From Candidatus Binataceae bacterium (lineage in GTDB: Bacteria > Desulfobacterota > Binatia > Binatales > Binataceae): DNA of 30,437 bases. Under the pieces are notes generated by a model, which saw nothing but the letters and a program-made list of their open reading frames with translations, was not told the origin of the DNA and did not search any database. Of the stretch, positions 26,024 to 30,437 are shown in pieces. The translations under genes were made by a program, and so were the position numbers. The number at the start of each line of letters is the position of its first letter. The first letter of the stretch is position 1. Where the stretch lies: the NCBI GenBank assembly GCA_035624865.1, contig DASPQS010000173.1, positions 1 to 30,437 on the forward strand, written 5' to 3'.

Positions 26024-26668
26024 AGGTATCACCCGGCGCGTGTCTGATCGCTGAGCTTTCTCAAGCTCGGACGCAATCTGGACGCTCAGATCCTCCACGT
26101 CAGTGCTCATCGCCGCTACTGAATCGGCCGTCGCCGAGCTCTTTGCCGATTCGCTAAAGCTCGAATCCCGCTGCGCCAGCAGCCTGTTTGTGGCGCCGTC
26201 GCGGACCGTCCAACGGGCGATCAGATGCGCGTTGCCCGAGGCGTCTCGTTCGAAGCGATCGACGCTTACCTCCACTTTGTAGTCGATCCGGGTCGTGCTG
26301 TACCACGGGAACTGAACGATCTGCGCATTCACCAGCCGCGCCGCGAGGTCCGTTCCCAGCACGCGCCGAAAATTCGCTTCGACCGGTTCCGCCCATTTGT
26401 CGGTGTCCGACAGCTCGAGGCGATTGGGCTCGGTGCGCGTGACGATCTCGGCGCGATCGAGGTAGGCCGGAAGCCTTACCGGTCCCAGTCCGATCGTTAC
26501 GTGGTTCAACGACGCCCCGGCCGGCTGAAAGCCGGACTGAGCCGCGGTCAGAATGAAGAACTTTGAGACATCGGGCCGCGGCGCGAGAATCGAGCTGCAT
26601 CCGGCCAAGCTGCAGCTGACGATGATAACCGCCGCCGCCATCGCCAGACCTGTCCGCAGATACCTCAT
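25457..26668 (-). CDS. pqiC: PqiC-family (ABC transport auxiliary) lipoprotein; recognisable domain about 26050-26668, frame reads on antisense into the cpaE-like gene
   Basis: Lipobox LAGC, IGLGPVRLPAYLDRAEIV, DKWAEP, IVQFPW, VDRFE, LIARW. ATGA coupling with mlaD. Confidence 0.8.
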   Translation of the reverse strand: MRYLRTGLAMAAAVIIVSCSLAGCSSILAPRPDVSKFFILTAAQSGFQPAGASLNHVTIGLGPVRLPAYLDRAEIVTRTEPNRLELSDTDKWAEPVEANFRRVLGTDLAARLVNAQIVQFPWYSTTRIDYKVEVSVDRFERDASGNAHLIARWTVRDGATNRLLAQRDSSFSESAKSSATADSVAAMSTDVEDLSVQIASELEKAQRSDTRRVIPSDARADCGRTAGDDFPATSGGLRPSLDQASGKILDGANELRIRRDLPWVLRLEFGPLEQAVVARNQGEGPCPGQSRNLRLVQRVMRVKLVQHHRGLNPVKPQMVKHLTKARRASRCCRGRFEHVENLFGPFPCRHHIGVDMAPAIHHDGVEGAAQMVERGGDNEVAHAFGIVDSARRRQQVHARRMPG

Positions 26669-27648
26669 GGTTCGGCCCGCTGGATCGCGCGGCCACGTAC
26701 CAGCGCGCTGGGATTGCGCTGGAGATAGTCGGTGAGTTCCCTCAGCGATCTCGCCGCTTCGGACACCTGTTCCATGGTCTGCCCCGACTGATAGATCAGC
26801 GGTGCTTCCGGACCCAGGCTGGCCTGCAGGGCGTCGAGCGTGACCTGCATCTGCTTGAGCGTGGCATTGATGTTCTCGGAGTTCGTGTGCAGCCCCTGGG
26901 CCAGCGGACCGACCTGCTTGTTCATCTGATCGGCCAGCTCGTGGAGGCTGACTGCGGTCTTGTCCATCGCAACGACCGTGCGGTTGAGATTGGTGACCGC
27001 CTCTTTGGTCGCTGGCGAACCCACGATTTCCTTGATGGCATCGAGCGTTTTGATCACGGTGTCGAAGACTTTGGGAAAGTCCACGTGGTCCAACGCCGCC
27101 ACCACCCGCGCCGCCGCCGATTGTGCCTCCTCGAGCGCGGTCGGGATAGTCGGAATCTCCTGGATCGGCCCCCCTGGCTTTAGCACCATTGTGGCCTGTG
27201 TGTCGGGGTACATCTCCAGGTCCACGTAAAGGAGGCCGGTCAACAGGCTCTCCATCGAGAGTTGGGCCCGCAGGCCCGCCTCAATCGCCTGTCGAAGGTT
27301 GCGCGGATCGGTCAGGTCGAAGGCTCCGGCGCCGTAACGCGCCAGCTTGCCCTGGTCAATCTCGATCACGACCGGGATCGTGATGTCGGCCTGAACGGGT
27401 CTCCGCGCCGCTTCTGTCGCGAGTCTCAGGTTAAGCAGGATTTTCTGCACGGAACCGATTTCGACCCCTTTGAATTTAACCGCCGCGCCCACGCGCAGTC
27501 CGTTGACGTTGCCGCGGAAGAACAAAACGTATTGGCTGGTCTGACGGAAGAGCCGGCCCGAACCGAGGATCAGCACTGCGGCCACCGCCAATGCGATCGC
27601 GCCCAGCACGAACAGTCCGATCGTTTTTGGATTTGCCCGTCTAGCCAT
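26665..27648 (-). CDS. mlaD: MlaD/MCE-family substrate-binding protein
   Basis: N-terminal TM (IGLFVLGAIALAV), FRGNVNGLRVGAAVKFKGVEIGSV, GLRAQL...LLTGLLYVDL, helical C-terminus ending YLQRNPSALVRG. Confidence 0.92.
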   Translation of the reverse strand: MARRANPKTIGLFVLGAIALAVAAVLILGSGRLFRQTSQYVLFFRGNVNGLRVGAAVKFKGVEIGSVQKILLNLRLATEAARRPVQADITIPVVIEIDQGKLARYGAGAFDLTDPRNLRQAIEAGLRAQLSMESLLTGLLYVDLEMYPDTQATMVLKPGGPIQEIPTIPTALEEAQSAAARVVAALDHVDFPKVFDTVIKTLDAIKEIVGSPATKEAVTNLNRTVVAMDKTAVSLHELADQMNKQVGPLAQGLHTNSENINATLKQMQVTLDALQASLGPEAPLIYQSGQTMEQVSEAARSLRELTDYLQRNPSALVRGRAIQRAEP

Positions 27649-28471
27649 GCTCTCCCTCCGGTTTGGCCGCGCTTCCGCGACGGGTCAGGAAACGAATCAC
27701 GCGCGGATCTTGCGAATGCGCCAGCAGCTCCCTGGGATCGCCCCGCGCGATTATGCTGCGGCTCTCCGCGTCGAGCAGGACGCTGTCGCTGCCGATTCTG
27801 AAAATGCTCGGCAATTCGTGCGAGACCACCACGATCGTCGCGCCGAGGCTGTCACGCAGCTCCAGGATCAAATCGTCAAGCAGGCTCGAGCTGATCGGAT
27901 CGAGCCCGGCCGAAGGCTCGTCGAAGAACACGATCTCGGGGTCGAGCGCGATCGCCCGCGCCAGGCCCGCGCGCTTGTGCATGCCCCCGCTGATCTCGTT
28001 CGGATAGAAGTCCTCGAAACCCTTAAGCCCGACCAGCGCGAGCTTAAGGCAGGCTATCTCGCGAATCTCGGCCGGACTCAGGTCGGTGAACTCGCCCAGC
28101 GGCAGACCCACGTTTTCCGCCAGCGTCATCGAACTCCACAGCGCTCCACCCTGATAGAGCACGCCAAACCGCCGCAGCATCGCATCGCGCTCCTCCGGCG
28201 CCGCCCTGGTGAAGCTTCGTCCATCGTAAAGGACTTCTCCTGCCGCCGGCTCACGCAGTCCGACCATGTGGCGCAGCAGCGTCGTTTTGCCGCATCCCGA
28301 CCCGCCCATGATTATGAAGACGGACCCGTGCGGCACCGTGAAATTGAGCTCGCGCATCACCACGAAGTCGCCGTATGCCATGGTCAGATGGCGCACTTCG
28401 ATATGCGGCGCCGCCGTCTGGCCCGGTTCACGACGCGTGGTCCCGTCGCCGATAGCCCTGGTCTCTGCCAC
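27641..28471 (-). CDS. mlaF: ABC transporter ATP-binding protein (MlaF/Mkl-like)
   Basis: Walker A GGSGCGKTT, signature ISGGMHKRAGLARA, Walker B FFDEPSAGLDP, VVSHE. Confidence 0.93.
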   Translation of the reverse strand: MAETRAIGDGTTRREPGQTAAPHIEVRHLTMAYGDFVVMRELNFTVPHGSVFIIMGGSGCGKTTLLRHMVGLREPAAGEVLYDGRSFTRAAPEERDAMLRRFGVLYQGGALWSSMTLAENVGLPLGEFTDLSPAEIREIACLKLALVGLKGFEDFYPNEISGGMHKRAGLARAIALDPEIVFFDEPSAGLDPISSSLLDDLILELRDSLGATIVVVSHELPSIFRIGSDSVLLDAESRSIIARGDPRELLAHSQDPRVIRFLTRRGSAAKPEGEHG

Positions 28472-28495
28472 TGAAAAGCCGGCCTCCCGCGCGCC

Positions 28496-29644
28496 TTAGA
28501 TGCCCAACACGTTGAAGATCACCGCAAAAATTCCGCAGGAGACCACGATTGCCACGATCCCGGTGACAACCGCGTCCGTCGCCGCATCGCCCACTGCGGA
28601 GGAACTGTTGCCGCACTGGAAACCCCGCAGGCATCCGGCGTACGCGATCAGGATTCCGTACACGACACTTTTCGACAGTCCGCCTACCAACTGGGTCAGC
28701 GTTACCGCGTGGAAGGTCTCCCTTAAGTACGTGGGTATGGAGAGCCCGAGCATTGTGTAGCCGACCGCCGCGCCGCCCAACACCCCAACGAAGTCCGCAT
28801 AAAGACATAGCATCGGCATCATCAGCACCAACGCGATCACGCGCGGCAGTACGAGGAACTCGATTGACGAAATACCCATCGTGGCAAACGCGTCGAGCTC
28901 CTCCGTTACCTTCATCGTCCCCAGTTCCGCCGCGAAGGCGGCCCCCGTCCGCCCGGCCATGATAATCCCCGTCATCATCGCGCCCATCTCGCGGACCATC
29001 CCGATCCCGACCAGGTCCGCAACATAGATCGCCGCGCCGAATTGCTGGAGCTGTACCGCGCCCATGAACGCGAGGATCATTCCGACCAGGAAGCTGATCA
29101 GCGTTACGATCCCGAGCGCGCTCGCGCCGCATTGCTGGATCACGTCCAGCAGGTCGGACCGGCGATAGCGCGCTCTACCGCGCATCAGCTTGCCCGCGGC
29201 AACTGCTATCTCTCCCAGAAAGTCGAGAAACTCGCCCGCCCCTTCTAGCGCTCCCACCAGCCACAGGCCGAGACGCTCGAGCAAACCGCCGTCGCCGGCG
29301 GCGCCGCGCGCCTTGGTCTCGGGTACGGTTTCAGCCAAGGTGACGATTCGTTGCAGACCGGCAGGCAGTCCCGCCAGGTCGGCTGCGACCCGACGCTCCC
29401 GGCAGAGTTCATTCAGGCGGACGACGAAACTCACCAGGCTGCTGTCCCAATGTGACAACCCGGAAGCCTCGAACACGACCTTGTGCGGCGGTGTCGGCGC
29501 GGCAAATTCCCGCGCAACTGCATCGATCGAGGGCATCCCACGCCGCAGGCGCCATGCACCGGCCAGGCGCACGACAAGGGTATCCGCGTCGATGCGGGAG
29601 AAGGATAGAAGCTCCTTCGTGATATTGGCTTCGGCTGCGGCCAT
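28496..29644 (-). CDS. mlaE: MlaE-family ABC permease with N-terminal STAS-like domain
   Basis: LSHWDSSLV STAS-like segment; GMVREMGAMMTGIIMAGRTGAAFAAELGTMKVTEELDA; LVLPRV. Confidence 0.93.
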   Translation of the reverse strand: MAAAEANITKELLSFSRIDADTLVVRLAGAWRLRRGMPSIDAVAREFAAPTPPHKVVFEASGLSHWDSSLVSFVVRLNELCRERRVAADLAGLPAGLQRIVTLAETVPETKARGAAGDGGLLERLGLWLVGALEGAGEFLDFLGEIAVAAGKLMRGRARYRRSDLLDVIQQCGASALGIVTLISFLVGMILAFMGAVQLQQFGAAIYVADLVGIGMVREMGAMMTGIIMAGRTGAAFAAELGTMKVTEELDAFATMGISSIEFLVLPRVIALVLMMPMLCLYADFVGVLGGAAVGYTMLGLSIPTYLRETFHAVTLTQLVGGLSKSVVYGILIAYAGCLRGFQCGNSSSAVGDAATDAVVTGIVAIVVSCGIFAVIFNVLGI

Positions 29645-29761
29645 CGGCAGCTCAAAATTATACGGATCACTCGCGCAAAAATACGCGGGGTCGCCTTAAG
29701 AGAATTAAGCGGCTTGCGCCGCGTTTGGAAGGGCCCGAAAGTTCTAAAGCGGGACACTTCC

Positions 29762-29783
29762 GGCATTCCGCTGACGGAATGCC
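29762..29783. promoter_or_regulatory. Perfect 9-bp inverted repeat, candidate upstream activator sequence or operator
   Basis: GGCATTCCG-CTGA-CGGAATGCC in the divergent mlaE/activator intergenic region, centred about 113 bp upstream of the predicted sigma54 +1. Confidence 0.5.
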
Positions 29784-29859
29784 AATCGTTTGCCGTCGAT
29801 CCGCAACGCTAATCCACGAAATCGTCCAAGGTATTCTCAATCAAACTTCGAGTTCGTGA

Positions 29860-29875
29860 TGGCCTGCGACTTGCT
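29860..29875 (+). promoter_or_regulatory. Weaker sigma54 (-24/-12) promoter match upstream of the sigma54 activator gene
   Basis: TGGCCT-GCGAC-TTGCT: GG/GC spacing exact, CAC replaced by CCT. Predicted +1 near 29886. Confidence 0.45.
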
Positions 29876-29928
29876 CAACAGTCCCGCAGTTGCGCGTCAA
29901 TTAGTCTGCGCATCCGAGAGAGTGCCCC

Positions 29929-30437
29929 TTGGAATCAGACCGGCCGTTAGCTCACAACCTGCCCGACGATCCGAATACGTCCGGCGGCCTCGAATGGCTC
30001 ACTATCGAGTCGCTCAGCCGCGACGCCGAGGATGTGGGTGGGATGTTGGTGAAGTCGGAAGGGATGCGCAAGGTGATGCGGACGATCACGCGGCTGGGAC
30101 CGTACAAGGCGACCGTGCTGGTGCACGGGGAGTCGGGTACGGGCAAGGAGCTGGTGGCACGCGGACTGCACACCTTGGGGCCGGTGCCCAAGGGACCCTT
30201 CGTCACCTTCAACTGCTCCAACCTGGTCGACTCGCTGGCCGAGGCCCAGTTGTTCGGCCACGTGCGCGGCGCCTTTACCGACGCCCGCGAGGATGCGCTC
30301 GGCTATTTTCGCTCGGCCAACGGCGGCACCCTGTTCCTCGACGAAATCGGCGAACTGCCGCTGCGGCTACAGCCCAAGCTGTTGCGCGCGGTCGAGACCC
30401 ACGAAGTGCAGCCGGTGGGCTCGGCCCAGAGCTACAA
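29929..30437 (+). CDS. Sigma54-dependent transcriptional activator (bEBP) AAA+ domain, partial (runs off window; not in ORF track)
   Basis: Frame 1 is open from the stop at 29902-29904 to the window end: TVLVHGESGTGKELVARGLH, FVTFNC, AQLFGHVRGAFTDA, GGTLFLDEIGELPLRLQPKLLRAVE. Earliest start is TTG 29929. Confidence 0.92.
   Translation, partial: MESDRPLAHNLPDDPNTSGGLEWLTIESLSRDAEDVGGMLVKSEGMRKVMRTITRLGPYKATVLVHGESGTGKELVARGLHTLGPVPKGPFVTFNCSNLVDSLAEAQLFGHVRGAFTDAREDALGYFRSANGGTLFLDEIGELPLRLQPKLLRAVETHEVQPVGSAQSY

Noticed and set aside
13040-28474. Many other overlapping ORFs (e.g. 13040..13732, 14595..15296, 16265..17074, 17058..17693, 27647..28474)
   Set aside because: Off-frame or antisense to well-supported genes, Arg/Pro/Ala-rich, with no recognisable domains.
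29938-29960. GGCCGTTAGCTCA resembling a tRNA 5' end
   Set aside because: No D-loop GG, anticodon arm, T-loop or acceptor complement follows; it lies within the activator CDS.
1-30437. CRISPR array, rRNA, IS or integrase
   Set aside because: No spaced repeat series, rRNA signature or transposase/recombinase motif was seen.

Overview
GC-rich bacterial chromosomal window with about 27 recognisable CDS. No rRNA, tRNA, CRISPR array or transposase is supportable. Gene content and style suggest a soil deltaproteobacterium-like lineage such as Ca. Binatota; this is inference only. Bases 1-15.3 kb hold metabolic and housekeeping genes: two P450s (one partial), a stand-alone ilvB, two tandem CMD/AhpD-fold paralogs with an amidohydrolase, an acyl-CoA ligase, ctaA-ctaB, tyrS, an acyl-CoA dehydrogenase, gloA and a Zn-dependent dehydrogenase. 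Bases 15.3-21.1 kb hold a higBA-like toxin-antitoxin pair whose toxin carries two compensating frameshifts, an alpha/beta hydrolase, and a class III PHA locus (short PhaE, PhaC, phasin-like ORF). The PHA locus is divergent from a CRP/FNR regulator, with two perfect TGTCGC-N4-GCGACA boxes between them, and a crotonase follows it. Bases 21.1-30.4 kb form an envelope/regulatory region with three sigma54-type (-24/-12) promoter matches. They precede a small ORF or sRNA, an orphan CpaE-like protein with a dead P-loop, and a sigma54 activator that appears to lack a sensory domain (partial at the window end, absent from the ORF track). This region also encodes an Asp-box propeller protein, an unknown lipoprotein and an MlaE/F/D-PqiC operon. 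The best candidates for undescribed biology are the CRP-family-controlled minimal PHA system and the putative sigma54 circuit. All calls come from motif recognition by eye; no searches were run.
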